Part shown: positions 20,617 through 31,176 of the stretch, piece after piece
Numbering within the stretch: position 1 is the stretch's first letter
Layout of the letters: each line of letters begins with the position of its first letter
Assembly (NCBI GenBank): GCA_964424195.1
Contig: CAYRHT010000005.1
Location: 8,864-72,863 of the forward strand
Length of the DNA stretch: 64,000 bases
Source: an uncultured Gammaproteobacteria bacterium
GTDB taxonomy: Bacteria; Patescibacteriota; Patescibacteriia; UBA1558; S5-K13
Reading direction: 5' to 3'
Translations under genes and position numbers: made by a program
Notes under the pieces: model-generated
Databases searched by the model: none
What the model was told of the DNA's origin: nothing
What the model saw: only the letters and a program-made list of their open reading frames with translations

Positions 20617-20682
20617 ATTGTTATTTTATTTTTTAAATAGCTTTGCGCGCTTGTTATTTAGTATTACGCAAATTTTAAAAAA

Positions 20683-21426
20683 TTATTTCATTGAACAACT
20701 AGAACAAGAACAAGATGGAGCAGGTTTAATTATGAAAGCATGAAAAGTATCTTTATTTATTTTTTCTCCTAGAGTCCTTATTTCTAAACCAAGTTCTAAA
20801 TCTATTTTTGGAGAAGTTATTCTTTTAAATTTAGCTGCAGTAATTTTATTTTTAACTATAATAATTTTCCATTGTTTTTTATTAAAGTCTTCTAAGTTAA
20901 AATTATTTTGGTCAGTAATTGAGATTATTTTTCCAGAAAGCATTCCTTGGTCTTCTTGGAGCCATAATTTCTTCCGGGAAGCCATAATTTCTTCATAAAA
21001 TGGTGATTTATGAGAGAAGGAACTATCAATATTATTTCCTATTCCTTGAGCATAGAAGAAGCTTCCTAAAAGGATATTTAGAACTACACTGATAATTATT
21101 ATTTTATATACTTCAATCTTATAACCATCTTTAGTTTGTTTTAGGGTGTAGCGAAAGACTATTACAAAAATAATCATGCCTATTATCCAAAAGTAAGGTA
21201 AAGTTTGAACAATTAGTCTTAGAGGCGCAGGATGCATCATTCTAAAAAGGGGATAATCGTTATTATTAATAATATTGATGATAACTGAAACACTTAAAGA
21301 ACTGATTACTAAAGATAGAATTCCCAAGGACCAGGCTAGAAGATTTTTTAATACAAAAATCCATTTAGCTTTAGGTTCAAGCTTATCTTTTTTTATTTCT
21401 TTTAAAATATCTTTTCCTAAGCTCAT
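20683..21426 (-). CDS. membrane protein, probable anti-sigma factor
   Basis: Overlaps the ECF sigma stop (ATGA); 3 TM segments. Confidence 0.55.
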   Translation of the reverse strand: MSLGKDILKEIKKDKLEPKAKWIFVLKNLLAWSLGILSLVISSLSVSVIINIINNNDYPLFRMMHPAPLRLIVQTLPYFWIIGMIIFVIVFRYTLKQTKDGYKIEVYKIIIISVVLNILLGSFFYAQGIGNNIDSSFSHKSPFYEEIMASRKKLWLQEDQGMLSGKIISITDQNNFNLEDFNKKQWKIIIVKNKITAAKFKRITSPKIDLELGLEIRTLGEKINKDTFHAFIIKPAPSCSCSSCSMK

Positions 21427-22004
21427 ATAGTTATATTTTCATTTTTTATAATATTATTTAATTTCTTTTTAGCTCGATTAATTAATGTCCCAACACTATT
21501 TCTTGGTTTTTTAATAATATCTGATATTTCTTCGTAAGTTTTTTCTTCCAAATACTTCAAAATTATGACTTCTTTATATTTAATATCTAATTTATTAATA
21601 ATATTTGTTATCTTATTCTTCAGAATCTTTTGGTCTATTTCTTTTTCAATATTTAAATCACTTTTGATTCTTTCTAGGATATCTTCATTTATTTCAGAAT
21701 TTATTTTCTCAGGACGAACTTTTAGTTTTCTAAAGTTAGAAATTACTTCATTATGAGCAATCCTGTATATCCAAGAGGAGAATTTTAATTTAGAATCAAA
21801 TCCATTTAAGTTAGTATATACTTTAATAAATATTTCTTGTAATAGGTCTTCTGCATCTTCAAAATTAATATTAGTAATTCTTCTAATGTACCTCATTAAA
21901 GGGTCTTCATATTTTTTTACGATGCATAAAAAATAGTCTGAGTTTTCAAGACTTAATTTCACTAGTTCAATATCTTTTTTATCTAAACAATCTTTTTCTT
22001 CCAT
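21423..22004 (-). CDS. ECF RNA polymerase sigma factor
   Basis: DAEDLLQEIFIK, FSSWIYRIAHN, region 4 'TYEEISDII...VGTLINRAKKKL'. Confidence 0.92.
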   Translation of the reverse strand: MEEKDCLDKKDIELVKLSLENSDYFLCIVKKYEDPLMRYIRRITNINFEDAEDLLQEIFIKVYTNLNGFDSKLKFSSWIYRIAHNEVISNFRKLKVRPEKINSEINEDILERIKSDLNIEKEIDQKILKNKITNIINKLDIKYKEVIILKYLEEKTYEEISDIIKKPRNSVGTLINRAKKKLNNIIKNENITI

Positions 22005-22136
22005 AAGTTCACTATATTACATAATACGCAGATTACCAAGAATTATTTCGATTGATACTCATTTTGTTAATAAAACCCTTTTATTTGTGAGGATTCAGTG
22101 TTAATATAAACATATTATAAATAAGAAGGGAAAAAT

Positions 22137-23189
22137 ATGGCTATTAAAATAGATACAATACTTTTACCAAAAGAACTTACTGTTGATTCAATAGTTAGCT
22201 TAGCTATTGTTTACAAATACTGTAAGAAGAAAATGACTGGCTTATCAAAAGCTAAATTAGAATTTAGAGCTTCATTACCTAAAGGAAAGGTAATGAACTA
22301 TTATCTTAAACAAGGAATACTACCTCTAATGCCTTTAGAAGACAATGTATTAGTCTTAGAACAAACAGCAAATTGTAATGACACTTCTTTACATGACTAT
22401 CCAATAGTTAATCAAGTAATCACTACCTTAAAAGATACTAGTCATACTCCAGATGAACGGGGTCTTATTTTCTCTTGGAATTATTTAACTGAGATTTTAA
22501 AAGATGACCCAGAAAAGATTTTTAAATTAGTTTTACCAATTTTAAAAGAATATATTAATTACTTAGAAGACAAGAGAGTAGAGTTTTTAGATTATTGTCA
22601 GAAAGCTATCGAGAAAGGTAAATTAACTAGCTTTGTTACTTATCAAAACCAACAAAAGTTAAAAGTAGTTTTTATAGGGTACAATTCTGATGATATGGTT
22701 AAATACTTGTTCTATAAGAAAGAAGTTATGGCTGATGTAGTAGTATTATTTAAAGAAAAGGGAGAGATATTTATCAAAGCTCGAGAAGACAAGCAAATTG
22801 ATTTAATGGACGTAGTAGCTATTCTGAGAGTAGAAACAGCTCGGCACAAGAAGATTCCTTTTGATAAGATAAATAAACATGTTTTGAATAGAAGTGGTAT
22901 TATGGAAGGTATTGAGTATTGGAACTTTGAACCAGCTTATCATAGAATTAGGTCAATTAAGAATAGTAATTTAGATAAATTAACCATTAAGAAAGCTTTA
23001 ATGATTGGTTTAGATATTGAAAGAATGGCTAAGGGAGAATGTCCACCACAAGTAGGTTGTAAAGGAAAGAAATGTTCATACTATTCATACAATATGCTAA
23101 GATGTCGAAAGAGAAGAGCTGGAGCTAAAGATAATTATCAACCTAAAGATAAAGGCAATAGAAGTAATATTAGGGTAGTTAGGAAATAA
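22137..23189 (+). CDS. hypothetical protein with Cys-rich C-terminus
   Basis: 350-aa ORF; C-terminal CPPQVGCKGKKCSYY...C. Confidence 0.55.
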   Translation: MAIKIDTILLPKELTVDSIVSLAIVYKYCKKKMTGLSKAKLEFRASLPKGKVMNYYLKQGILPLMPLEDNVLVLEQTANCNDTSLHDYPIVNQVITTLKDTSHTPDERGLIFSWNYLTEILKDDPEKIFKLVLPILKEYINYLEDKRVEFLDYCQKAIEKGKLTSFVTYQNQQKLKVVFIGYNSDDMVKYLFYKKEVMADVVVLFKEKGEIFIKAREDKQIDLMDVVAILRVETARHKKIPFDKINKHVLNRSGIMEGIEYWNFEPAYHRIRSIKNSNLDKLTIKKALMIGLDIERMAKGECPPQVGCKGKKCSYYSYNMLRCRKRRAGAKDNYQPKDKGNRSNIRVVRK

Positions 23190-23333
23190 ATATAATATTT
23201 AAAATAAAAAATATAAAAAGTTCGTTAAAGTTAATGGACTTTTTATATTTTTCTTAGCTCTTGACTCAAAAGGCATTTGGTAGTAAAATTGTAGCTACCT
23301 TGTATCTAATTTAAATATTAAATTATATAATAT

Positions 23334-26141
23334 ATGCCTTCAAAAAATATTGTCATTAAAGGTGCTAGAGTCCATAATTTACAGAATGTGGACTTAGAAC
23401 TTCCTAAGAATAAATTTACAGTAATTAGTGGGCTTTCTGGTTCAGGAAAGTCTTCTTTAGCTTTTGATACTCTTTATGCTGAAAGTCAGAGAAGATATAT
23501 GGAATCTCTTTCAGCTTATTCTAAACAATTCTTAGATTTAATGGATAAGCCTGATGTAGATAGTATTGAAGGTCTTCCCCCAGCTATATCTATTGGTCAG
23601 GGAAGTAATAATCGGAGCCCTAGATCAACAGTGGGAACAGTTACTGAAATTTATGATTATCTTAGATTATTATTTGCTAGAATTGGAAAAGTATATTGTC
23701 CAAAGTGTAATAATTTAATTGAAAAACAAGATTTAAAGAAAATTAATAGCAATGTCCAAAAGAAATATTTGAATAAAGAGATTATAATCTTAGCTCCAAT
23801 TACTAAGAGTCACAAAACTAGTAATGCTAGTGTTTTAAAAAAGATTAAGAAGTCTAGCTATGATTTAGTAAGAGTGGATAAAGATTTTTATACCATTGAT
23901 GAAGCTCTTAAGTTAAACTTTGATGGAAACAAGTCTCATCAAATAGATATTATAGTTGATAAATTAAAACCAAGTTCAGAAAAGAAAGCTAAGAACTCTT
24001 TAGCAGAAGCAATTGCCACAGCCATAGATTTATCTAATGGTTATCTTGTTGTTTACGATAATGTTTTAGCAGAAGAAAGTATTTTTAGTAAACAATTATA
24101 CTGCCCCAGCTGTGATGTTAGCTTTCCAGATATAGAGCCAAGAAACTTTTCATTTAATAGTCCTCATGGAGCTTGTCAGAAATGTGGTGGTTTAGGCATT
24201 AAGTTAAAACTTGATTCAGAATTAGTTATTCCTAATTCAAAACTTAGTTTAAATCAAGGAGCTATTAGGCTTTTGTTTAAGATTTCAGTAAATCAGAATA
24301 ATTATTACAAGATATTAGAAAAAGCAGTAGGTAGTTCTAAGATAGATATCAATATTCCAGTTAATAATCTTAAGAAAGAAGATTTAGATATAATTTTATA
24401 CGGTTCTAAAGAAAAAGATGCTTTTGAAGGTGTGATTCCTTTTTTAGAAAAGAAACACCAGGAAACAGATTCAGACTATGTAAGATCAGAGATTGAAAAA
24501 TGTATGAGAACCTATGAATGTCCTTCTTGTCATGGTAAAAGATTAAAAAAAGAGTCTTTAGCTGTAAAAATACTAGATAATAATATTAGTGATATTGGTT
24601 CTTTGACTATTGAAGTAGCTAAGAAGTTTTTTGAAGGTATTGCTAAACAAAAAAAAGACCATTTATTGAATAAAAAAGATTTTCAGATTGCAGAGAGAAT
24701 ACTTAAGGAAATTACTTTCAGATTAAATTCAATTAATGAGGTTGGTTTAAACTATTTAACGTTAGATAGATCAGCTGTTTCTTTGTCAGGTGGTGAAATG
24801 CAGAGAATTAGACTAGCTACTCAAATTAATTCTTCTTTATCAGGTGTTTTATATATTCTTGATGAACCTTCAATTGGTCTTCATCAAAAAGATAATTTTA
24901 GATTAATTAAAACTCTAAAAAATCTTCAAGATTTGGGTAACACCATTATTGTTATTGAACATGATCGGGATACTATCTTAGCTTCTGATTATTTAGTTGA
25001 TGTTGGTCCTGGTGCTGGAGAAAATGGTGGTAAAATTATTTCTGTTGGAACTCCAGAGCAAGTTAAAAAAGACAAGAACTCTATTACTGGTAAATATTTA
25101 TCAAATAAATTGAAAATTGAAGTTCCTAAGAAACATCACAAGGGAAATGGTAAATATTTAGAAATAATTGGAGCTAATGAGTTTAATTTAAAGAATATTG
25201 ATGTTAAAATACCTTTAGGGAAGTTAGTTTGTGTAACTGGAGTTTCTGGTTCTGGAAAATCTACTTTAATATTTGAAATACTAGGCAAAGCTTTATCAAA
25301 TAAATTAACTAGAGCAAAAGATCTTCCGGGAGAGCATCAAGAAATTAAAGGATTAAAGAATATTGATAAAGTAATTAATATTGATCAATCTCCAATTGGT
25401 AGAACTCCTCGTTCAAATCCAGCTACTTATACTGGAGTTTTCACCTACATTAGAGATTTATTTGCTAATTTACCAGAATCTAAAATTAGAGGTTATAAGT
25501 TAGGTAAATTTAGTTTTAATGTTCGAGGTGGAAGATGTGAAGAATGTCAGGGAAATGGTTTAGTTAAGATAGGTATGAATTTCTTACCAGATATGTATGT
25601 TGAATGTGAAGAGTGCCGAGGTAAGAGATATAATTCTGATATTTTAGAAATTCATTATAAAGATAAAGATATTGCCGAGGTCTTAGATATGACAGTTAGT
25701 GAAGCAATGATTTTCTTCAAGAATATTCCAAACATTTCTAATAAATTGAAAACTTTGAATAATGTTGGCCTAGGATATTTGAAATTAGGACAATCAGCAA
25801 CAACTTTGTCGGGTGGTGAAGCTCAGAGAGTTAAATTAGCCACAGAATTATCAAGAAAGGCTACTGGTAAAACTCTATACATTCTTGATGAGCCAACAAC
25901 AGGTTTACATTTTGATGATATTAACAAATTGATTGATGTTTTACAAAAACTAGTTGATAAAGGTAATAGTGTTTTAATTATTGAACATAACCTAGATGTT
26001 ATTAAATGTGCTGATTGGATTATAGATTTAGGACCAGGTGGTGGTGATAAAGGTGGTGAAATTGTTGCTCAAGGAACACCTAAAGAAGTTGTTAAAGTTA
26101 AAAAATCATATACTGGAAAATATTTGTCTGAATTAATATAA
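23334..26141 (+). CDS. uvrA: excinuclease ABC subunit A
   Basis: GARVHNL, two GxSGSGKS Walker A motifs, two LSGGE signatures, Zn fingers. Confidence 0.97.
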   Translation: MPSKNIVIKGARVHNLQNVDLELPKNKFTVISGLSGSGKSSLAFDTLYAESQRRYMESLSAYSKQFLDLMDKPDVDSIEGLPPAISIGQGSNNRSPRSTVGTVTEIYDYLRLLFARIGKVYCPKCNNLIEKQDLKKINSNVQKKYLNKEIIILAPITKSHKTSNASVLKKIKKSSYDLVRVDKDFYTIDEALKLNFDGNKSHQIDIIVDKLKPSSEKKAKNSLAEAIATAIDLSNGYLVVYDNVLAEESIFSKQLYCPSCDVSFPDIEPRNFSFNSPHGACQKCGGLGIKLKLDSELVIPNSKLSLNQGAIRLLFKISVNQNNYYKILEKAVGSSKIDINIPVNNLKKEDLDIILYGSKEKDAFEGVIPFLEKKHQETDSDYVRSEIEKCMRTYECPSCHGKRLKKESLAVKILDNNISDIGSLTIEVAKKFFEGIAKQKKDHLLNKKDFQIAERILKEITFRLNSINEVGLNYLTLDRSAVSLSGGEMQRIRLATQINSSLSGVLYILDEPSIGLHQKDNFRLIKTLKNLQDLGNTIIVIEHDRDTILASDYLVDVGPGAGENGGKIISVGTPEQVKKDKNSITGKYLSNKLKIEVPKKHHKGNGKYLEIIGANEFNLKNIDVKIPLGKLVCVTGVSGSGKSTLIFEILGKALSNKLTRAKDLPGEHQEIKGLKNIDKVINIDQSPIGRTPRSNPATYTGVFTYIRDLFANLPESKIRGYKLGKFSFNVRGGRCEECQGNGLVKIGMNFLPDMYVECEECRGKRYNSDILEIHYKDKDIAEVLDMTVSEAMIFFKNIPNISNKLKTLNNVGLGYLKLGQSATTLSGGEAQRVKLATELSRKATGKTLYILDEPTTGLHFDDINKLIDVLQKLVDKGNSVLIIEHNLDVIKCADWIIDLGPGGGDKGGEIVAQGTPKEVVKVKKSYTGKYLSELI

Positions 26142-26145
26142 AAAA

Positions 26146-27066
26146 ATGGACAATCTAGAAAAAGCAGTAATTAAAACTATAATTTATTATGATATTTTTG
26201 ATTACCCTTTAACTGTCGTAGAATTATGGCAGTGGCTTTGGAAATACAAATGCAAGTTATCAGAACTTGTTTTTTGTTTAGAAAATGGTGAGGATTTAAG
26301 AAGACAGATAGAGACTAAGAATGGTTTTTATTTCTTAAAAGGTCGGAAAGACTTATTAAACACTCGTAAGACAAGAAGAGATTATAGTGTAAATAAGTGG
26401 AAAATAGCTTTAAAGGCTACAAAGTTTCTAAGAACTATTCCCTTTATTAAAACAATTATGCTTTGCAATTCCATTGCTTATTTTAATGCTGAGAAAGATA
26501 GTGATATTGATTTTTTTATTATTGTGAAAGAAAAATATTTGTGGTTAACTAGATTTTTAATTACAAGTACTTTACATATTTTAAGACTTAGAAGACATGG
26601 TAATAAGATAAATAACAGAATTTGTTTAAGTTTTTATATAACAGATAATAACTTAGATTTAGAAAAACTTTATAATAAAAATAATATGTATCTTCATGCT
26701 TGGATAAAAGATTTAGTGCCAATATTTGATAGAGATACATATGCTAATTTATGGGTTGCTAATAATTGGATTAAAAATTACATTCCTAACATTGTTCCTA
26801 TAGAAATAATTAATAATTGGATTGTAAAAGATAATAATTTAACTGTATTCATAAGAAATTTTCAAGAAACTATTTTGGATAACATCTTTGGTATATCGTT
26901 AAATTTTATTTTTAAAAAAATACAATTAATGAAGATGAGTTTGAATAAGAAATCTAGAAGACAAGAAAAAAATGATTGTGTTATTATAAATGATCAAATA
27001 TTGAAGTTTCACGAAGCTGGCTTAGAAAAAATAAACAAGTTACTTTCTCAAATGAGAAATGTATAA
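26146..27066 (+). CDS. nucleotidyltransferase-like protein
   Basis: 'NSIAYFNAEKDSDIDFFII' pol-beta-type DxD motif. Confidence 0.6.
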   Translation: MDNLEKAVIKTIIYYDIFDYPLTVVELWQWLWKYKCKLSELVFCLENGEDLRRQIETKNGFYFLKGRKDLLNTRKTRRDYSVNKWKIALKATKFLRTIPFIKTIMLCNSIAYFNAEKDSDIDFFIIVKEKYLWLTRFLITSTLHILRLRRHGNKINNRICLSFYITDNNLDLEKLYNKNNMYLHAWIKDLVPIFDRDTYANLWVANNWIKNYIPNIVPIEIINNWIVKDNNLTVFIRNFQETILDNIFGISLNFIFKKIQLMKMSLNKKSRRQEKNDCVIINDQILKFHEAGLEKINKLLSQMRNV

Positions 27067-27071
27067 AAAAT

Positions 27072-27797
27072 ATGAATCTATTTTTTAAAAGTATTGATGA
27101 ACAGAGAAAATTTATTAATTCTAGAATTAATAAAATATATCCAGATTTCAAAACAGGTGGAGATTTTTTTAGAGAGTATATTGAGGACAATATTAGTAAT
27201 AAAGTTGTTCTAGATGCGGGGTGTGGTGATAGTGGAATTGTGGCTGAATTTAAGAGTAAAACAAAATTAATAATAGGTGTTGATTTAAATAATATATTGT
27301 TAATGAATAATAATATAGTTGATAAAAAAATATTATCCGATTTAGAAAATATTTCATTGGAAAATTCTTCTATTGATGTGATTATTTGTGAATTTGTTAT
27401 TGAACACTTAAAACATCCATTATTAGTTTTTAAGGAATTTAACAGAGTTTTAAAAAAGAATGGTGTTTTAATTTTTATTACTCCAAATATATTAAACCCA
27501 ATAATGAGTATAAGTAAAATTTTACCTTTAAGTGTCCATAAGACTTTAAGGAAGAAAATATTAAATAAGAGGGAGGACACACATCAAACATACTATTATA
27601 CTAATAAATATTCCAAATTATTAGAGATTGGTTTTAAAGTTGGTTTTTCTAAATGCGATATTGTTCGTGCTGGGAATCCGGAATATTTTGGGTTTTGTAA
27701 AATTTTAGTCTATCCTTCGATTTTCTTTGAAAAAATTATCGATAATAGTCTTTTCGATTTTTTAAAGATGTATTTGGTAGGTTTGTATAGAAAGTAA
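27072..27797 (+). CDS. class I SAM-dependent methyltransferase
   Basis: VLDAGCGDSG, EFVIEHL, RVLKKNG. Confidence 0.85.
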   Translation: MNLFFKSIDEQRKFINSRINKIYPDFKTGGDFFREYIEDNISNKVVLDAGCGDSGIVAEFKSKTKLIIGVDLNNILLMNNNIVDKKILSDLENISLENSSIDVIICEFVIEHLKHPLLVFKEFNRVLKKNGVLIFITPNILNPIMSISKILPLSVHKTLRKKILNKREDTHQTYYYTNKYSKLLEIGFKVGFSKCDIVRAGNPEYFGFCKILVYPSIFFEKIIDNSLFDFLKMYLVGLYRK

Positions 27798-27808
27798 TAA
27801 ATAAAAGT

Positions 27809-29071
27809 ATGTTTAATAAATTAATAGAATATCTGCTCTACATCTTTGTTTTTTTAATTCCTTGGCAAACTAGGTATATTTATAGGTCTTTAACTTTAGG
27901 TGGCGAGTTATTTGAATATGGAAAACTATCTTTTTATTTGAGCGAATTATTCTTAATTTTATTTATCATTTGCTCAATGATTTATATAAAAAAGAATAGT
28001 CTGTCTAAAGAAAAAGTATCTAAGACTTCAGTTATTATTTTTGTTTTTTTATTAATTACAATAATTTCTTTCTTTGGAGCTTTAAGTCAACAACTATATC
28101 TTTATGGTTTAATAAAGCTAATGGAAGTGATTATTTTATACTTTTTAATTACTAGAATAAAGTTTAATTACATAAAGATAGGTCTAGTCTTTGTTATTAG
28201 CATGCTTGTTCATAGTATTTTAGGGATATATCAATTCTTCTCTCAAAGCATCTTTGCTAGTAAATATTTAGGAATTGCCGAACAAGCTTCAAGTCAGGGC
28301 GGAGTATCAGTTTTAGAAGGAGGTTTTGGAAGATTATTAAGAGTTTATGGTGGATTTTCTCACCCTAATATTTTTGGAGGATTTTTAGTGATAGCAATTT
28401 TAATTTTAATTAGTATTTACTTAAAACAAAAAAAGAAAGCTATTTTATTTTACTTTAGTTTAATAATATTATTTAGTGCTCTAATTTTAACTTTCTCTCG
28501 TTCAGCATTTTTAGCTTTATTCTTAAGTTTATTTATTCTACTTATCTATTCTGTTTCTAAAAAGGTAGAAGTTAAGAAAATTATCTCTGTTTTATTAATC
28601 TTAATTCTAGTTTCTGGTATTAGCTTTGTTTTATTTAATGACCTTTTAAAGACTAGAATGCAGGGACAAGAGAGGTTAGAAGTAAAATCAAATACAGAGA
28701 GGACTGTTTTAAAGAATCAGGCTTTTAAATTATTAAATAAGAATTGGTTTCTAGGAGCTGGGATTAATAATTATATTTTTACTGTACATGAAAAGATTGA
28801 TAATGCCTTAGATGTTTGGGAGTATCAACCAGTTCACAATGTTTATTTATTGATTTTAATAGAGCTAGGTATTTTAGGTTTAATTTCTTATATTTATCTT
28901 TTAATTTATAGTCTTTATAAAGCTTTTAGCTCTAATGATTTGAATAAAGTTATTTTAGGACTAATTATTTTAACTATTATCATAATTAATTTCTTTGATC
29001 ATTATTTTTGGACTTATTGGAGTGGATTAGTTATGACTTTCTTAATTATTGGTCTGGTAAATAAAAAATAG
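27809..29071 (+). CDS. O-antigen ligase family membrane protein
   Basis: RVYGGFSHPN, TFSRSA, PVHNVYLLILIELG; about 12 TM segments. Confidence 0.85.
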   Translation: MFNKLIEYLLYIFVFLIPWQTRYIYRSLTLGGELFEYGKLSFYLSELFLILFIICSMIYIKKNSLSKEKVSKTSVIIFVFLLITIISFFGALSQQLYLYGLIKLMEVIILYFLITRIKFNYIKIGLVFVISMLVHSILGIYQFFSQSIFASKYLGIAEQASSQGGVSVLEGGFGRLLRVYGGFSHPNIFGGFLVIAILILISIYLKQKKKAILFYFSLIILFSALILTFSRSAFLALFLSLFILLIYSVSKKVEVKKIISVLLILILVSGISFVLFNDLLKTRMQGQERLEVKSNTERTVLKNQAFKLLNKNWFLGAGINNYIFTVHEKIDNALDVWEYQPVHNVYLLILIELGILGLISYIYLLIYSLYKAFSSNDLNKVILGLIILTIIIINFFDHYFWTYWSGLVMTFLIIGLVNKK

Positions 29072-29114
29072 AGAAGAATACTTCTCTATTTCTAAAAGTC
29101 TCATTAATTTGAGA

Positions 29115-29774
29115 TTATTTTTTTGTCTTTAAATGAATTAAGTAAGAGCCTAGAGTAGTTCCAATTAGTATAGTAGCTATTGCTAGGATAAATATTGGCA
29201 GACGATAATTTACTGGTAAGAATCCTTCAATAGCTATCAATAATCCAGAGAGCATGAATAATTTACCACCAAAGCTATGAGTCTTATTCCAAACCTCTTC
29301 CGAAGAAAGAGTCCAGGGAGTTCTAATTCCCATAAACCAGTTCATTTTTATCTTACTCATATATTTTCCAAGGATTATGAATAACAAGCCAATCATTAAA
29401 GGTATATAGATGCTTATGTTTATACTATAACCAATAGCACTGAGATTAGTTATTAAGAGAATTAGAGCAAAGAATAACAGTAAGACACTTTTAAAGATAT
29501 GATATACTTTTTTGAATTGTTCGTACCTTTCTCGTCGAGGGTCAATATAGGGAATAAATAAAAATAATAGATAAATACCAATCATTACTAAATTAATAGT
29601 TATGAGATGAGAAAAACTAGATCCCCAATTATCAATTTCTCCTTTAAAGTTCCAATGAGTAGGAATTTTTTCTGGCATTTGTTGGAAGAAATAAAAAGAA
29701 GAGATAATTGAAAAAACAATTAAGAGAATTGGTAGAATCTCTGTTTTCCAAGTTGGTTTGATAGGATTTTTCAT
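29115..29774 (-). CDS. SdpI/YhfL family membrane protein with DUF1648 (likely start 29774)
   Basis: IPTHWNFKGEIDNW; GIRTPWTLSSEEVWNKTH. Confidence 0.85.
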   Translation of the reverse strand: MKNPIKPTWKTEILPILLIVFSIISSFYFFQQMPEKIPTHWNFKGEIDNWGSSFSHLITINLVMIGIYLLFLFIPYIDPRRERYEQFKKVYHIFKSVLLLFFALILLITNLSAIGYSINISIYIPLMIGLLFIILGKYMSKIKMNWFMGIRTPWTLSSEEVWNKTHSFGGKLFMLSGLLIAIEGFLPVNYRLPIFILAIATILIGTTLGSYLIHLKTKK

Positions 29775-29882
29775 AATTTTAATGTTAATTATCTTATATT
29801 TTAAGTATATCATATTATATAAGTTAGAATATTTTTAGATTATTGCTATAATAAAGGTAAGTATATTAATTAATATTAAAGT

Positions 29883-30131
29883 ATGGAAAAAATGCAGGAA
29901 GGTATTAGTTCAGAGAATGAGAACTCTTGTAAAGAATGTGGAGATGAAGTAATTTTCATGGATGGTCTTTGTGAAGCTTGTTATGAAGAAAGTTTCTATG
30001 AAAATAATAGTTTTGAAAGTCGTAAAAAAGCTCCAGATATGAAGGTCAGCGGGCGAGCAATGCAAGATCCTCATCAACAAGAGATCAGTAGAAAAAGAAC
30101 AATATCTAAAATTAGTAGAAAGAAAAAGTAG
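29883..30131 (+). CDS. small Zn-ribbon hypothetical protein
   Basis: CKECG...LCEAC; basic tail. Confidence 0.5.
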   Translation: MEKMQEGISSENENSCKECGDEVIFMDGLCEACYEESFYENNSFESRKKAPDMKVSGRAMQDPHQQEISRKRTISKISRKKK

Positions 30132-30140
30132 GTTTAAATA

Positions 30141-30168
30141 TTGACTTTTTCAAATTTTCTGGTATATT
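30141..30168 (+). promoter_or_regulatory. sigma70 promoter of the tRNA-Arg/tRNA-His operon
   Basis: TTGACT-16-TATATT with extended TG. Confidence 0.65.
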
Positions 30169-30201
30169 AAGAGAACATTGTTATTCGTATTTTTTTATTT
30201 T

Positions 30202-30276
30202 GCCCCGGTAGTTCAGTGGATAGAACAAGAGCCTTCTAAGCTTTAGACCTAAGTTCGATTCTTAGCCGGGGTACCA
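30202..30276 (+). tRNA. tRNA-Arg(TCT)
   Basis: Acceptor GCCCCGG/CCGGGGT, anticodon loop CT-TCT-AA, TTCGATT T-loop, encoded ACCA end. Confidence 0.95.
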
Positions 30277-30277
30277 T

Positions 30278-30340
30278 GGTGAGTGTAGCTCAATGGTAGA
30301 GCCCTGGTTTGTGGTACCAGTGGTTGTGGGTTCAAATCCC
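30278..30340 (+). pseudogene. 5' part of the original host tRNA-His(GTG), cut in the T-arm (attL)
   Basis: Identical to 31015-31077 except C30303/T31040; stops at TTCAAATCCC, and the missing ATCACTCACCCCA is found at 40073-40085. Confidence 0.9.
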
Positions 30341-30411
30341 GTTAACCAAACACTTTCATATAGTAACGTTAAGACTTTGGAAAAGAATTAAATTATTAAG
30401 TTGTGAAGAAT

Positions 30412-30963
30412 ATGAGCAATGAAAAAGAATTAGAGATACTTTATAAACAGTTAAAAGGTTTTCTTAAACAACTTGGACGTAATAATGTTGTTGAAAGCGT
30501 AGTTAATGATTATCATAGAATGGTAGACAAGTTAGCGTCTATAACTGGTGAAGATTATTCATATCTTAAAGTATCTCAGAATGATAGTTTTATTGGTGGA
30601 ATGACAAATGCATCAAATAGTCGTTATTATAAATCAGAGCCATTAAGAACAAAAATCGGTCTAACTATTGGTACTTTAGAGGGCTTATTGGATGTAGACG
30701 AAAATGATAACATAAGACCAGGTCAAATAATTCAAATTCTTAATCAGAATGATAATACTTTAGCAGTGAAGATAGAAACATCTATCAATCAATTAGCAGA
30801 GAATGAGACCGACGAAGAAACTAAGACTAAGTTAAAGGAACTGGACGAAGAGTTGAAAAGTAAGAATAAAAATAAAATAGGACAAATTATGAAGTGGTTT
30901 ATTGAAAAAGGATTGATGAGTCTTTTAGTTCAAATTTTACCAGAAATAGTAAAGAGAATATAA
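30412..30963 (+). CDS. hypothetical protein, element cargo (likely start ATG 30412)
   Basis: ORF 30403..30963; helical C-terminus; flanked by an 18-bp imperfect direct repeat. Confidence 0.6.
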   Translation: MSNEKELEILYKQLKGFLKQLGRNNVVESVVNDYHRMVDKLASITGEDYSYLKVSQNDSFIGGMTNASNSRYYKSEPLRTKIGLTIGTLEGLLDVDENDNIRPGQIIQILNQNDNTLAVKIETSINQLAENETDEETKTKLKELDEELKSKNKNKIGQIMKWFIEKGLMSLLVQILPEIVKRI

Positions 30964-31014
30964 TTGTTAATTAAATTGTGAAGAATATTTGAAAATTTTA
31001 TAAGATTAAATTAT

Positions 31015-31090
31015 GGTGAGTGTAGCTCAATGGTAGAGCTCTGGTTTGTGGTACCAGTGGTTGTGGGTTCAAATCCCATCACTCACCCCA
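31015..31090 (+). tRNA. tRNA-His(GTG), intact copy inside the element
   Basis: G-1, acceptor GTGAGTG pairing imperfectly with the 3' strand of ...ATCACTCAC, anticodon stem CTGGT/ACCAG with GTG, encoded CCA; terminator AAACGCTT..AAGGCGTTTTTT follows. Confidence 0.93.
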
Positions 31091-31176
31091 CCCTTAAACG
31101 CTTTATTCAAGGCGTTTTTTTGTTTCTTAAAATAAAAACGCCCAGTAAGAATACCAGGCGACTACCGAAGTAGATT

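Noticed and set aside
23260-23333. Shared SOS/LexA box upstream of uvrA, the helicase, mutM and ssb
   Set aside because: No common palindrome could be found by eye; only sigma70-like promoters are visible.
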